Shown here: piece by piece, positions 12,861 to 24,538 of the stretch | Position numbering within the stretch: the first letter of the stretch is position 1 | Layout: each line of letters begins with the position of its first letter | Made by a program: the position numbers and the translations under genes | Notes under the pieces: generated by a model | Told to the model about the DNA's origin: nothing | Seen by the model: only the letters and a program-made list of their open reading frames with translations | Databases searched by the model: none | NCBI GenBank assembly: GCA_008632985.1 | Contig: QPGO01000267.1 | Location: 1 to 64,000, forward strand | DNA: 64,000 nt | Source: Psammoneis japonica | Lineage: Eukaryota | Direction: 5' to 3'

Positions 12861-13125
12861 ATCGACTGGAATCGCTCTCGGTTTGAGATTGATAGCTCAC
12901 TTTAAGTTTTCCGGAATAATTTCCAAACCAGCATCGCTTTCCCGGGATCTGAAAGGATGTACTTTCTCCTCTCCCCGGAGAATCTATCACCAGTTTGCTT
13001 TCGTGTGTGGCACACGACGAGCGACAGCGGGCTGCAACTTTTCTAGTTGACTTATGAAATCCTAAAGTAAAAGATAAACACGCAAGAAACTAAATTTCAA
13101 ACACTACAGCTCGGCGAAATCGGAC

Positions 13126-14081
13126 TCAGTACCACCTCCTCCTTTTCTTGTAACTAGAACCGCTCCACATTGGCTGATACGTGCTTGTGTCCCTCACAGG
13201 AGAGAGACCCTGTAGCCGACCCAAGTTTGTGTACCCTTCCCGGTTAGCATCCTTAGATTCCGAGCTTTGTTGCCACGGTTGGCGGCAGTTGGGACAGGTG
13301 GGTTGGCTCTGTTGTTGCTGCTGAAGCCATCGTCGAATACAGTCTTCATGAAAGTTGGTACCGCACATGGCGCGACAAAACGTCAACCCACCCTGTCTCA
13401 TTTCGTCAAAGCAAATGGGACAGTCCGCGGCAGCATCGAGTGACTTGCGTTGTACACCCGTAGTGTCGTCCTTGTCCTCGTCCTTCTTGGCGAGACCGGC
13501 GGCATACGTAGCACGCACTTGGCTGTTTGCCATGACACCTCCTGTTTGCCGCTGCGCCATGGTTGCAAAGATTTCTTTCAATTCACTTGTCAGCAAAGCT
13601 GCTTGATAAATCACGTGAGAGTCCGAGTCGAGTCCCATAACTTTGAGAAATACAAACAAAACGTGCTTGCACAAGTTGCCCTTTTCGTGATCTGGACAGG
13701 TGCAGGACAGCAAATGACCCACGTGTACATTGTACACATTCCCCGTCGAGCCCAACACAACAAAGTCACACTCGATTCCATTCTTGATTTCGCCACGCTC
13801 TACCAGATACAGACGCTGCGTCTTTGCTCGATCAATGCGAGCACGTGTCTTTTGAGAAACCGTCGTGCGCGTCTTGCGAAGCCGCTTTTCTTTTTTTGCA
13901 GCAGGGCGCTTTCGATCGGGAGAAGAACAGCGGAATGCGCTACATCAACAGAAAGGATACCACAAGCTTGATTGTATGCCACACGTAAGGCTTCAGTCGA
14001 TCCGACTGCTGGGAGTCCTCGTGCCTTGAGGGCTGCCTGAAGTTCCTTTCTACTCATTGATTCACCGTCAGGACCATTCAT
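13126..14081 (-). CDS. SAP + SWIM zinc finger + RING finger protein (ZSWIM2/MEKK1-like E3 module)
   Basis: SAP-like MSRKELQAALKARGLPAVGS, then RIDRAKTQRLYL, VLGSTGNVY, SWIM CTCPD...CKH and RING CPIC...C...CGTNFHEDC...CPNCR. One frameshift near 13890-13950. Confidence 0.85.
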
Positions 14082-14597
14082 TTTTCCGACTTGTGTTGTC
14101 TAATAGAGAGTGTCTTTCGTGCACTTGTGCAGCGATAAAGCTTGTTTTCACAGGTAAGACTTTGCACAAAAGCTTCAGTTTGTTGTCTTTGCTGTCATCG
14201 TTTTGTTTGCGTGCTTCACCAGAGTTGGGGTTGTGGTTCGCGCGCGTCGCGCGTTGCGGGTTGTTTCGTTTGTTAGTTTGTCTTTGTTCTTATGCTACTC
14301 GGCATGACGTTCTCATGCGATCCCGCCGGCCGTGGCATTCAAATTATAGACAAATTCGAAAAATTGTGAGCCAATCAAATCACGGTGCTGACGCAGTTTA
14401 TTTAACAACTTTGCTTCACAAAGTGCGGGCAGTCTTGCGAAAACTGCCTCCCGCCCCACCCACAATCAACCAATCAACCAACCCCCCTCCCCCTCGGCAA
14501 GAGCAACGAGGCTGTCTCTGTTCACTGTTTCCTTCTGCTGTGTTATTGGCCAAGTTGGTTGACACCGTAAGCCATAAGTTACCACATCAAATCAACA

Positions 14598-16196
14598 ATG
14601 TGGCTTTCCCCAGCACTCTCGACGCTCCTCCTCTTGTTATTGGCTGCTCCGCATAAATCAAATGCTCAGGAGGGTTTGAAGTACAATGAGGTTCAAATGA
14701 AGAGCTCACATAATTCTTATGAACGCCGTGAAAGCATCATGGATCAATTGCTATACCACGCGCAACGCAGTGTTGAGTACGATTGTCACCCTGCTGCAGC
14801 TGCAGGAAGCTTTGGAGTCTATCATGATGCAGGCTACTTCCAGACGTATAGCAGCCTGCAGACACTCAACGATGGCGTTCGCACTCTGCAAGAGTTTCAC
14901 GAAATCATGCCGAATCACCACGTGGTGACCATGTGGGTCGATCTCAAGGTGGAGCTTGGTACGACGCACACGGCCAAAGATTTTGATGATACGATTGGGC
15001 AATTGCCGCTCTGGATTCCCAGTGATGCGGCTGCCGATCAAAGCACGATCAAGGCTGGGATTGATGCGTACGGATGGCCCGAATTGGAAGAGTTGCGTGG
15101 CAAGTTTATTTGGGTCATTACATCTGGAACGGATTCGTATTGCATGTCGGATGCGGACTGCGTTGCCCGTAATGCCTTTGTGGCTGCGAGATCCGCAAAG
15201 TCCGCAGAGGAAGTTGGGATTGTTTCTTACAAGGTCTTTTACAATCAAGCTTCAACCTATGATTTCGTGGGCCCGGCTATTCAAGAGGCGGGTTACATTG
15301 GTCGTATCTATGATCTTTCTGACATTGATAGCCAGGAGAAGTGGGACAATGCCATCAAGAACAAGTATCAGCATATTACCACTGACAAAATCAACTTTCA
15401 CCGCGATCGCTTCAGCAAATCGCACAATGCATATGGATATCCTTTTTTGGCCATGAACAAGTCGGTGGACGTTTCCGAATTTAAACCAAACGAGGGAAAC
15501 ATGATGTTCATGACGGCCGACAATGGTGACGCATGGGGACGGTTTGACGATGCAAACATTGCCGTTTTGGTCGACGACACTGTGGATGAATGGGTCGAGT
15601 ATACCGCCCAAGTGAGTCTCGTTAATTCACATTGCCAGAAGTTTGCCAAGGCTGGAATCATGGTTCGGCAGGAAAGCCCGGACTATCCCATTGGAGCTGG
15701 GCAGTACTTTTCCGTCATGAGGACTTGCAACAACTTTCTCCGTGTGCAGTATCGAGAGGTGCCCTACCTGTATACCACCGAAAAAGTTGTCAACTTCATC
15801 GCCAGCCCACTTGATGGCATTGAAAATGCCAAGCGCACGTCTTTGAAACTCCGCTACAAGTACGACGGCAACAACACTATTGCTGAGGGTTACTTCAAGT
15901 ACGAGGGATCCGACGTGGACTTTTTCATCGGCAGTCATACATTTCCGGATATCCGATTGGAGTATCACGGATTGTTTGCCAGTTCCCATTACTGGGGAGG
16001 TAACGAGGACGGCACGGACTATAAGGTACTCTTTGTCGATGCCCGGCGCAACAACGAGACTCTGACGACGTCATCCTTTACAGAAAAGTATGGAGGAGAA
16101 GAATTCATGTTTGATGATGGCTGGGACAACCCACGGCCTACATTTCTTCCTGCGCGCACCTTGAAGAGCCTAAGAGGTGAAAGTAAGAGAGAATGA
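14598..16196 (+). CDS. Secreted PI-PLC-like phosphodiesterase with a C-terminal beta-sandwich domain
   Basis: 532-aa intronless ORF with a signal peptide. PLC-like YNEVQMKSSHNSY...RSVEYDCH...VYH, WPELEELRGKFI and HITTD. AKAGIMVR motif in the C-terminal half. Confidence 0.85.
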   Translation: MWLSPALSTLLLLLLAAPHKSNAQEGLKYNEVQMKSSHNSYERRESIMDQLLYHAQRSVEYDCHPAAAAGSFGVYHDAGYFQTYSSLQTLNDGVRTLQEFHEIMPNHHVVTMWVDLKVELGTTHTAKDFDDTIGQLPLWIPSDAAADQSTIKAGIDAYGWPELEELRGKFIWVITSGTDSYCMSDADCVARNAFVAARSAKSAEEVGIVSYKVFYNQASTYDFVGPAIQEAGYIGRIYDLSDIDSQEKWDNAIKNKYQHITTDKINFHRDRFSKSHNAYGYPFLAMNKSVDVSEFKPNEGNMMFMTADNGDAWGRFDDANIAVLVDDTVDEWVEYTAQVSLVNSHCQKFAKAGIMVRQESPDYPIGAGQYFSVMRTCNNFLRVQYREVPYLYTTEKVVNFIASPLDGIENAKRTSLKLRYKYDGNNTIAEGYFKYEGSDVDFFIGSHTFPDIRLEYHGLFASSHYWGGNEDGTDYKVLFVDARRNNETLTTSSFTEKYGGEEFMFDDGWDNPRPTFLPARTLKSLRGESKRE

Positions 16197-16648
16197 GAGG
16201 TGTGCACATGATGTTGTTGATGTAAGTTTTGTGGTCTGGACTGCATGTTACTCTATGAAATAATCTTTAATAAGTACAGCAACCGATGGGTCTTGCAGGC
16301 AACCTCGTTTCAAGACGTTGCCTCTCTAGCCAGGCCTTGGGCCCTACTCTAGGCTTTACTCTCTTGACTACCGGTACATACTGTAGGGCCCTAGAGTGTG
16401 GCAAATCCTTGCCTACTATTCTGAGCTACCGGTAGCTCTACTGTACTACTACTCTCTATCGGGAGTAGGGCCTCTAGCTAGTAGCTAGCTAGAGAGTAGA
16501 GAGGAGCCATACGCACTCTCCCATCGCTCGTTCTGTGCTGTACCGGTGGAGTCCATCCCAAAACAAGACCCAGCACAAATTAAGACCCGCCGTGGGTAGC
16601 AGCACACAAAAGCGCGTAGAATTTTCTTTTGGTCGAAAGAATTTGAGA

Positions 16649-16704
16649 GGGGGTTGCATGAAAAATCGAAATTTTCATTTTCCCCTGTTTTTCACGTGTT
16701 TTCA
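16649..16704 (+). repeat. Left inverted repeat of the Harbinger element
   Basis: gttgcatgaaaaatcgaaattttcattttcccctgtttttc is matched exactly, in reverse complement, within 20388-20442. Confidence 0.95.
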
Positions 16705-17179
16705 AACATTTTGACTGAAGAAAAGTCGTCGTGTCGAGAAAGGGGGGCACAACTAATGTCGGTCGTCCATCATCTCGAGCATGCACTGGATGGCACCACG
16801 TGAGTGTGAGTCAGAGAGGGGGCAGCCAAATGTCGCCTTGTGACGTGCGCATCAGAAGCTCGCTGCTCGCGCCCCTGGCTTGAAGACGTCAGTGCTCTCG
16901 TCTCAATTGGCCACGCTCATCATTCGACCCACCAACGAGCTGACGTGCTGGGTGGGAGACATCATTGTTGTCATCACATCTGGCGGATTCAGCAGCAGCC
17001 TCAGTCATTGTAACTTTTGATGCTGAGACCGAGCTGCTGGACAAAGTTTTGCTGTTTTGCTTGTGCATCGCGAAACCCAACGAAAATTTGTTGCAGACAA
17101 GACAAACTGGCTCTCTTGCAGCTGTGACCAAAGAAATGTCACAATGAATGTTGCAAAATGTCCTAATTTCTCAATGGGT

Positions 17180-18247
17180 TCCCATTCATCTGAGCACTCC
17201 ACTTCAAAGGGTGTGCATCCCATCACAATGGAAAGCTGTGTGATGTTCGCCACTGCTTGGAAGACAAGGTGATGTGTCAATCGATCATGACGATGCGTTC
17301 TTGTCATCATTTGGAAGCGCTTGAACCAACCATTGACAGCTTCGTGGCGGGCGCGAGCGACAGTCTTCATGCACTGGCCGGCATTGCGCAGGCCGGTCGG
17401 GGCCACACAACACTGGCGTCCGTCACTGCATGCCCCATCAGCCAAGCAAAACTCTCCATCTTGAAGTTCACAATTGATCGCCTCTCGTGCTACACTCAAA
17501 TCAGGAATGCCAGCTGGGCAGGGGCCATTCACCCAAACTGTCCAACCTGTCTGAATGCATGCGGCGATTTCGCACCTGAGCCCTGCACCGTTGAATTTGT
17601 GCGAGTGCCAGATGGGGTCGAACGGCGATGGTTCGTTGATGCGATGGTCAGTGCCGTCCACCGTCACCTTGCACACACTGCCACTGTCATCCATGAACCT
17701 GTTCTCCCAATCAATCTGTGATGAAATTGTGGTGAATCAAATGTCAGTGCATTGATTTTCAAAGAGAAGTTGGAGTCATGGTGCGCACCAAGTTCAAATT
17801 CACAATTAGCGCCATCCCAACCCACACCCATTTTCTCAACGTATCCTCGTGCATGCCACCGCAGATTCTAGCCATCATGGTTTCAGTGTCACACAGTTTC
17901 AGAAAACAAAGTGTGCATGACAAATGAGTGGGTGGAAATCCGCGTGGGATGTTGCCATCATCTTCAAGAAGGCCCCACAACTCACACACTGCGTCTCGCG
18001 GAGAGCAGAAGCACGAGGCAAATCTGCGGTTCCAAATCCGTTGTGACCTCATTGGCCTCTGGATGACTGTCCCCGCAAGACAATCTGCTGTGGCTTTGGG
18101 CAGGCGCATTTGCATGGTGAGTGACACAGACGTGTGTTGCGCGCACGATGTTTTGTGTTGCATGCCAAAAAGATTGCTGCTGCGCCAGTTCCGTGCAGCA
18201 GTGTTTTTGTTGCCGCAGGTGGATTGATGGCCGGGTGGGGTTTTCAC
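17180..18247 (-). pseudogene. PIF/Harbinger (DDE_Tnp_4-type) transposase, two exons
   Basis: Motifs VDGTD..I.EP, W(H)SHKFNGAGLR(C)EIA, WVNGP, LADG and RARHEAVN. N-terminal exon ...FLKL(C)DTE...TLRKWVW. Intron about 17720-17785. Confidence 0.9.
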
Positions 18248-19062
18248 TCGTTTCCAACATCTGACAACAAGGTTTTGATGTTGGGCCTTTTAGCGAGATT
18301 CCCTTCGGGAACGCTTTTGGCGCGGTTTCGGAGCGCTTTTGGTGCGGTCCCGGAACGGTGGAAACACGGGAATGATGAAATGCCTGTTTTGTCGAATGGC
18401 ATTTCCGTGTTGGAGCCATTGGCGGTTGCCACAGATGTGGTTTAGCGCCAAACAATGCTGGCAGTTACAACAAACCCTTGCAGCTCAACTTGTGGCCACT
18501 GCAAATCAAAATTGTTGAGACTCCCAACAGCCGTTCTTTTTCTTAGAGAAAATAGAAACCTGTTTTGACGGGTGCACCTTTTTGCAATGAATCCATCTAA
18601 TCTGTTAAACTTTTACACTGTTGTGCCATGCTCAAACAGTTCTGACAACAGCGCGCTAATTGCGGTGCATCACATGTCTCATCGGCAGATTGAGAGGCTC
18701 CAAAGTTTGATTTCCGCACGAATCAGTGCAATCGAGAACGTTCTCGGAACAGTTTTGGAACGGTTTTGGAACGCTTTTGGAGTGGCATGCAAGGGAATCT
18801 TGAGCTCCAACACTTCACAACAGTTTCCCCCGACAGGCCTTTTTTTGGTTTTGGCGGTTGCAGCAATTTCAAATTTGCCGGGACTTGTGTGTGTGGGATT
18901 GACTGTCCCACACAAAGAGAGAGTTGAGACGGTCGTGAACAATTCAAATCGGAGTTTGGGATTTGATGCGAACCTTGCCACAGTGCAGCGAGCAACACGG
19001 CATTCAGAGGATTTGCAGCTTGCCTCATCACAAAATTGAGAACAGTGACCAACACACACACG

Positions 19063-20090
19063 ATGGTGCAAATGAACACAAGGAGCAAGTCAGTGCTTGG
19101 CGCTGACTTGAAGCCGCCTCCCGCCTTTCGAAAAAACTCGCCCGACTGGATGCTGCTCAGGGATCTCCTGTTGCAAAAAAGGGTCAATCCTGGAGCGTCA
19201 CCAAAGGAGGTTCAGTCTGTGCGTGCAGAGTTTTTGAAGTGTCCTCTTGCCAAATTTCGCACTCAGCTGCACAAGCTGAGGAAAGAAACTGGTTTCAACC
19301 TGCGTCAACGAAGCGCTGATGACAGCACTGCACCACCGGCAGATGATGGCACTGGTGGAAGCAAGTGTCGCCACATGCTGCACTTTGTCAAATGAAACAG
19401 AATGCACTCTCATGTTGCTCTTTTTTTCTCTTGACTGTTGTCCACTTGTTTCAAAAGGGGAAGACCTTGACATGGATGAGGACGAGCTCTCAGCCGATGT
19501 CGGCCTGCCGTCAGCCAAGGAAACTGGCATTTTTGCAGCTGTCGCCCCCGCTGCTTTGGACCCCCCAGCATTTGAGGACGACCAGACATTCAAGCCCATG
19601 GTTTTGCAGGCGACCTGCAAGGATTCTGTCAACAAGACAGACCATGTGGTGCTGGTGATTGCAGCTCCCTCAGGAGCATGCACTGAGGACCTTTCTAGCT
19701 TCAAGCTCACGGTGACGGGTGGTGGTTGGTTTTTACAGTGCACCTCCGAGTGGCCGGGTCACAGCATGGGCATGGACTCACTCCATGCTGTGCTGGTGGA
19801 GGAGGCACAATCCCAAGGAGACCAAGAGCTCAGGGATGTGCACAAGCGCCTGGGGGCACTTTCGCATCAGTTGTCCTCCATGAGGTTGTTGGACAGCGAT
19901 GTTTTGGCGTCAACAGCCGCTGTTCCTTTGCCCATCAAAGTGTCGAAAAAGATTGACAAAAGGCCCATCTTTTGGGGGGCAAGGATGGTTCAAGAATTGT
20001 GTGTGTTGACCTCAAAGCTGAGGACTCAACACACCGCTCCATGGAGAGCCCCAAGGTTGTGTTGATTGACGGCACCACTTGTGTGGAGAA
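19063..20090 (+). pseudogene. Harbinger second ORF (putative DNA-binding partner protein)
   Basis: Divergent from the transposase and inside the inverted repeats. Basic helical N-terminus, probable intron ~19360-19455 and a late frameshift. Confidence 0.6.
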
Positions 20091-20387
20091 GTGGGGTGTG
20101 CGGCGTTTCTTTTCATTTTGCACTGTTTTGGTTTTCACAGCAGCAACAAGGACAAGTGTGGCGGCTGTCATTGGAAACACCAGCAGTTTGGAACATTGGT
20201 TTGGTTGCATTGTTCTTACTTCTTAGCACAGCAGTGTCTTTACGTCTTAGTTTCAATCCACAAAACATCGTTGACAACAACACCGCGTAGCCTCCGCTGT
20301 TGGCTACATCGACACGAGTGCGGGCTGCTGCCTCGGCACCGCAGTCGGCAGCATCGGCTGTCGGCATGCGTGCTGTTCGCACGATCC

Positions 20388-20442
20388 TGAAAATGCGAGA
20401 AAAACAGGGGAAAATGAAAATTTCGATTTTTCATGCAACTCC
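20388..20442 (-). repeat. Right inverted repeat of the Harbinger element
   Basis: Near-exact reverse complement of 16649-16704. Confidence 0.95.
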
Positions 20443-20526
20443 GAGGCATCGCGTTCGAAAAAAAGAGCGCGACGAGAGCAGTCGATTGCCGCCCTTTTTA
20501 CCCCCCAGAGAAATCTTGGCCCTTGC

Positions 20527-21509
20527 CACCCCTGCGTCAGTGGAGAGTATGGTTGGTGATGTCATGGTGATGTATGCTCACGTCATGGCATTTTTATCTC
20601 GCGCACGTGTGCGCGGTTATTAGACTGTGTAGGTGTGTGTACGTGTGTGAGGTGTAAGTAGGATATACGTAGAATTACTACTGAGTGATTGACATGCCGT
20701 GGATTTTCCGCCGGTACACAATCTACGTGGTCTACATGGAACATAAATTTATGTTGGTCTCTGAGGCTATTACATATCATTGATTTTGCTAAGGCCTCTA
20801 ATATATGTATATACCAATTCAAAAGTCTGACAGAACACCCCGAAAGAACTCTGGAATCTGCATAAAAAAATTTCTATTTAACGGTGCGAACAGGGTCGCC
20901 CCGAAGCGCTTCTCAAAATATTTTCAGATTGGATACAGTAAAACATCTACTATTACCAAAACAGAGTTATTATCGGATAAATAGATCCCGTGGTCTTCGC
21001 GCGCAAACAACACGATAACGCACAACAACACCATGGCGAGAAACGCGAACGCCGTCCCCTCATCTACAAGCTGGGAATACGAGATACTATTGAAGTGGTT
21101 GGACAATATGTATGCGCTGTATTCATGGGTCAAGTTGGGTTTCTTCTCGATGCTTGTTGTTGCGTCATTTTACAACGTTTTGACCCACGCCGTGTTCTTT
21201 GCTTTGTTGCTTCTGCTCGCGCGCCACCAACAGCTCTTCCTGCAGGGTATGGCTAGTTGCACGGCTGCATCGAACCCAAACGTGCGCGACCAACTAGCCC
21301 TACCCCGGCTAACTCATATTTGTATAAATGTAAAGGCAATTACATTTGTACACAAATGCTAATAGTTGCAGGAAAAATCCTGAACCAGGAGATTACTTAT
21401 GCATATATGTGTATCCGCCTTAATACGAATATTCTCTTCTCAACGCATGTGATGACATCATCACACATCACACACAACCACATCCCATAGTGCCACTGAC
21501 GCAGGGGTG
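20527..21509. mobile_element. Non-autonomous TIR element (983 bp), not TA-depleted
   Basis: Perfect 17-bp TIR cacccctgcgtcagtgg (20527-20543 / 21493-21509), flanked by the direct repeat ggcccttgc (20518-20526, 21510-21518). Confidence 0.9.
21033..21362 (+). CDS. Small putative membrane protein carried by the 983-bp element
   Basis: 109-aa ATG ORF preceded by a CAA-rich leader (acaacaacaccATG), with two hydrophobic stretches. Confidence 0.4.
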   Translation: MARNANAVPSSTSWEYEILLKWLDNMYALYSWVKLGFFSMLVVASFYNVLTHAVFFALLLLLARHQQLFLQGMASCTAASNPNVRDQLALPRLTHICINVKAITFVHKC

Positions 21510-21909
21510 GGCCCTTGCGTGGCGCGGTCTAATCTCCAGTACTTAAATCACGTACCTTTCTACGTGGGTCTTAAATCACGACCTCTACTGCATCAGCCTC
21601 GGCTTGTCGGACATTTTGGTTCACGCGCTGAAACTCATAACTATGCGGAATTGTAAAAAAGTGAAGATTTTTTTATGACAAGTTCAATGTGATCTTTCAT
21701 ATACAGGCGCGTAATTCCGAAATGCGCGAACATTGTGGCGTCTGCATGGATGAAGATCTTAGATGGGTCTTAACATGTGATGGACTCTAAATACCGCGCG
21801 ATCAACAAAGCGCGATTGGCTGGCGATTGGCGATTTTGATCTTGCGAATTCACACCATCATACACCATGAGCGCTGCTGCTCTGCGTTTGAATCTTTTCC
21901 AGAGGAACC

Positions 21910-24198
21910 ATGCACTTGTTTCAAAGATCTTCTGCCGCGCCGTCCTCAAAGGGATACGAAAAGCATGAACTACCGCTCAACAAAAATGCTGGCCAATCAT
22001 TGTCGCAGCAAGAAAAAAAGACACGAGTTCTCGCGCCAACGCAACTCAGAAAAATACTCGTGCTTTTTGCTGTACTCTCGTCCAGCCTGATCATGTTCAT
22101 GGCTGGCAGCGGTAGGAGTCTGGCCACCAGCATCAAACCCGTGATTGCACTTGGAATTGTCCTATCATGCGTCACTTGCTTCCTGTCGAGGCGGAGGACA
22201 AGAATAACGCAGATTCGTCGATGTTTGCAATCATCGTTGCTTTCAAGAAAAAGAATTCTTATTGTGTTTCTCGCAACGTTTGCAATGGCTTCCTGGTGGT
22301 TGTTTAATCTCTTATCTGTGGCTTTGGGTTACAAACCTCCACACGTCAATTTGGCGAGTTACACGCCCGAAAAGGACCACATGCTCACGGTATTTCTGAT
22401 TGATGGATTACGTGGAGACATTTTTGAGGAGGAACTAGAGGCTGGTAGGGTGCCAAACATTCAAGCATTGGCAAGGAAGGGGTGTCGAGTCTCCCATGTA
22501 GTTGCTCCCTTTCCCACGTATGTAAACCCGTTCGATGAGCTGTTCAAACTGTGTAACCCATGTTGCGTACTCGTCTTCTCACATTTCAATACATGCCGAC
22601 GTGTGATTTCTGTTTTGCGTAGTATTACCGGCTATGCATATTGGCCGTTGCTTACAGGGATTGAAGCTACACGTTCCGGTCATTTGGGAACCAGATACTT
22701 TAATCGTGAGATTGACGTTGGAAACTGGCATAACTACTATGGACCTGCAGGCAAGTTGTACAACTCCCACTTTGAGCCAACCACGCGTACATTGTTTGAA
22801 GCCTTGCCAGAAGAAAAGTGGTCCGTTGCGACCAATTCCTTTCTAAAGAGAGGGGCCACGTTGCAGTGGAATACGGGAACGGAACAGTCATTTAGCAAGG
22901 CCATGCATATCTGGTGGTTGCCACAACTGTTATGCAAGATACCGTTTTGGGGGGAGAGAATAGCACCGACCTTTGCACAGCATGAAATGTATTACATGGA
23001 CAGAATCATTCGTATTGTACAGAAAGGCCCGTCGTTGGTTTGGGGGGTTTTCTCCGGAGTTGACAACGCGGCTCACGCCGTGGGAGTCGGCAAGGAATAC
23101 ACAGATACTTTGCATGCCGTGGACACCGCCATTGGAAAGTACGTCGAGGCTGTTCAATCCTACAATTCAGGAATGCGGCATACATTTGCCATTGTTTCTG
23201 ATCATGGAGAGGCATCGGTGGATATCAAGGGTGGTGGCAATTTAGACTTGTGTGACGCCTTTCGGCCTATTGGGTTACGTGCATGGAGAGGCGACTCGAA
23301 GAATTGGAGTGGGAAATTTGACGACAAGCTTGACGTGTTTGGCGCCGATAAGGATGTGTTGGTGGGTATCAGTGGTGACACGAGTGCCACTGTCTACGTG
23401 AAACACCCTACTGGTGGATGGAAAGAACGGACCTTTGAGTCAGACCTCGTCCAATACAGCGCTGGTCCCACTGGATCTGGTGCGAATCTCATTAACACCG
23501 TCCTGAATTTCAGTGGTGTTCAATTGGTGGGATGGTCGCGGAGTAACGGAGACGTAGCGGTCCAAACTACGATCATGGACAACTCGGCACCTAATAGCAA
23601 TCAAGTTAGTGCAGTGGGTGTCATTACTTTTGATGCTACTGGCATGATTTCTTACCTTGTCGAACGCGACAATAATGAGAAGAAGCGTTGTCCGTTTGGC
23701 TACAACGAGAAACTCGCAGACGGAGTTATGAGAGGGGCAAGCACGTGGTTGGAAGAAACGGCGGACACCCCTTATCCTTATGCGTTGGTGCGACTTGTTC
23801 AATATTTTACTGCGCCTGGATTAGCTCCCGACATGGTCGTCACGGCCCATGACGGCTATGACTTTGGAAAGGACTGGGAGTATTACCTCGGAAACTTTGC
23901 TGGTGGCCATGGCGGGATTCACAAGGATCATATGCGTGTACCCGCAATCTTTTCAGGAGCTGGTGTCTCCCAACGGGGTACCGTGACCAAGACTGCGACT
24001 TTAGAGGATGTTGGCGCTTCCCTTCACTACATGCTGCAGAAATCTTCAACCTCTCGGTCGACATCATTTACGCCAGCGCCGCTGGATTTTTTGAAGGATC
24101 ATCGCAATGATATCATCGCGACAGCATACCTTTTCAACAAGACTTCACACGCCACTCAAGATCTCTTGAGAGGCAAACCACTCTCTTGTCTATTGTAG
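21910..24198 (+). CDS. Membrane-anchored alkaline-phosphatase-superfamily nucleotide pyrophosphatase/phosphodiesterase
   Basis: Motifs FLIDGLR, PFPT|ITG, VDNAAH, IVSDHG and GGHGG. N-terminal TM segments. In-frame 105-bp GT-AG intron at 22518-22622. Confidence 0.9.
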   Translation: MHLFQRSSAAPSSKGYEKHELPLNKNAGQSLSQQEKKTRVLAPTQLRKILVLFAVLSSSLIMFMAGSGRSLATSIKPVIALGIVLSCVTCFLSRRRTRITQIRRCLQSSLLSRKRILIVFLATFAMASWWLFNLLSVALGYKPPHVNLASYTPEKDHMLTVFLIDGLRGDIFEEELEAGRVPNIQALARKGCRVSHVVAPFPTYVNPFDELFKLCNPCCVLVFSHFNTCRRVISVLRSITGYAYWPLLTGIEATRSGHLGTRYFNREIDVGNWHNYYGPAGKLYNSHFEPTTRTLFEALPEEKWSVATNSFLKRGATLQWNTGTEQSFSKAMHIWWLPQLLCKIPFWGERIAPTFAQHEMYYMDRIIRIVQKGPSLVWGVFSGVDNAAHAVGVGKEYTDTLHAVDTAIGKYVEAVQSYNSGMRHTFAIVSDHGEASVDIKGGGNLDLCDAFRPIGLRAWRGDSKNWSGKFDDKLDVFGADKDVLVGISGDTSATVYVKHPTGGWKERTFESDLVQYSAGPTGSGANLINTVLNFSGVQLVGWSRSNGDVAVQTTIMDNSAPNSNQVSAVGVITFDATGMISYLVERDNNEKKRCPFGYNEKLADGVMRGASTWLEETADTPYPYALVRLVQYFTAPGLAPDMVVTAHDGYDFGKDWEYYLGNFAGGHGGIHKDHMRVPAIFSGAGVSQRGTVTKTATLEDVGASLHYMLQKSSTSRSTSFTPAPLDFLKDHRNDIIATAYLFNKTSHATQDLLRGKPLSCLL

Positions 24199-24538
24199 CT
24201 TCAATGTTGGAATATTCTGGAGAAATCAGGAGAAGTAACTCCCACAATATGCCTGACATCTAGCCATGAGGCTCCTACAAAAGACTCCACTACTTGTTCG
24301 TGTCGAAGCGAAAGATCATGCGAGACTACGACGGTCTCTCGATGTCACATGCCGACAAGGATGTACTTGTATTATGATGTGTTGCAGTATTAGTTAGAGG
24401 CTACATTGTGAGCAGAAGCACGGATGAAGTATGGAACATAAACTTTTTAAACATGTTAACTACGGCTCACGTAACGTTCGGCCCGTCTTTTTGTTCAATG
24501 CAAAACTGTGGAAAGTAGGAAGGAAAAATTCAGACTCG

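Larger units (their letters stand above)
16584..21529. mobile_element. PIF/Harbinger DNA transposon, TA-mutated (outer ends tentative)
   Basis: DDE transposase plus a divergent second ORF. ~55-bp inverted repeats at 16649-16704 and 20388-20442. Candidate outer ends TAA|GACC (16584) and GGTC|TAA (21529) would give a TAA TSD. Confidence 0.8.

Noticed and set aside
14057..14656. 199-aa plus-strand ORF
   Set aside because: It has a non-ATG start, spans the divergent promoter between two real genes, and shows no motifs.
16580..21574. piggyBac-like TTAA|GACCC...GGGTC|TTAA ends
   Set aside because: The transposase is Harbinger-type. The right-hand match lies in a local cttaaatcacg duplication, and gggtcttaa recurs near 21765.
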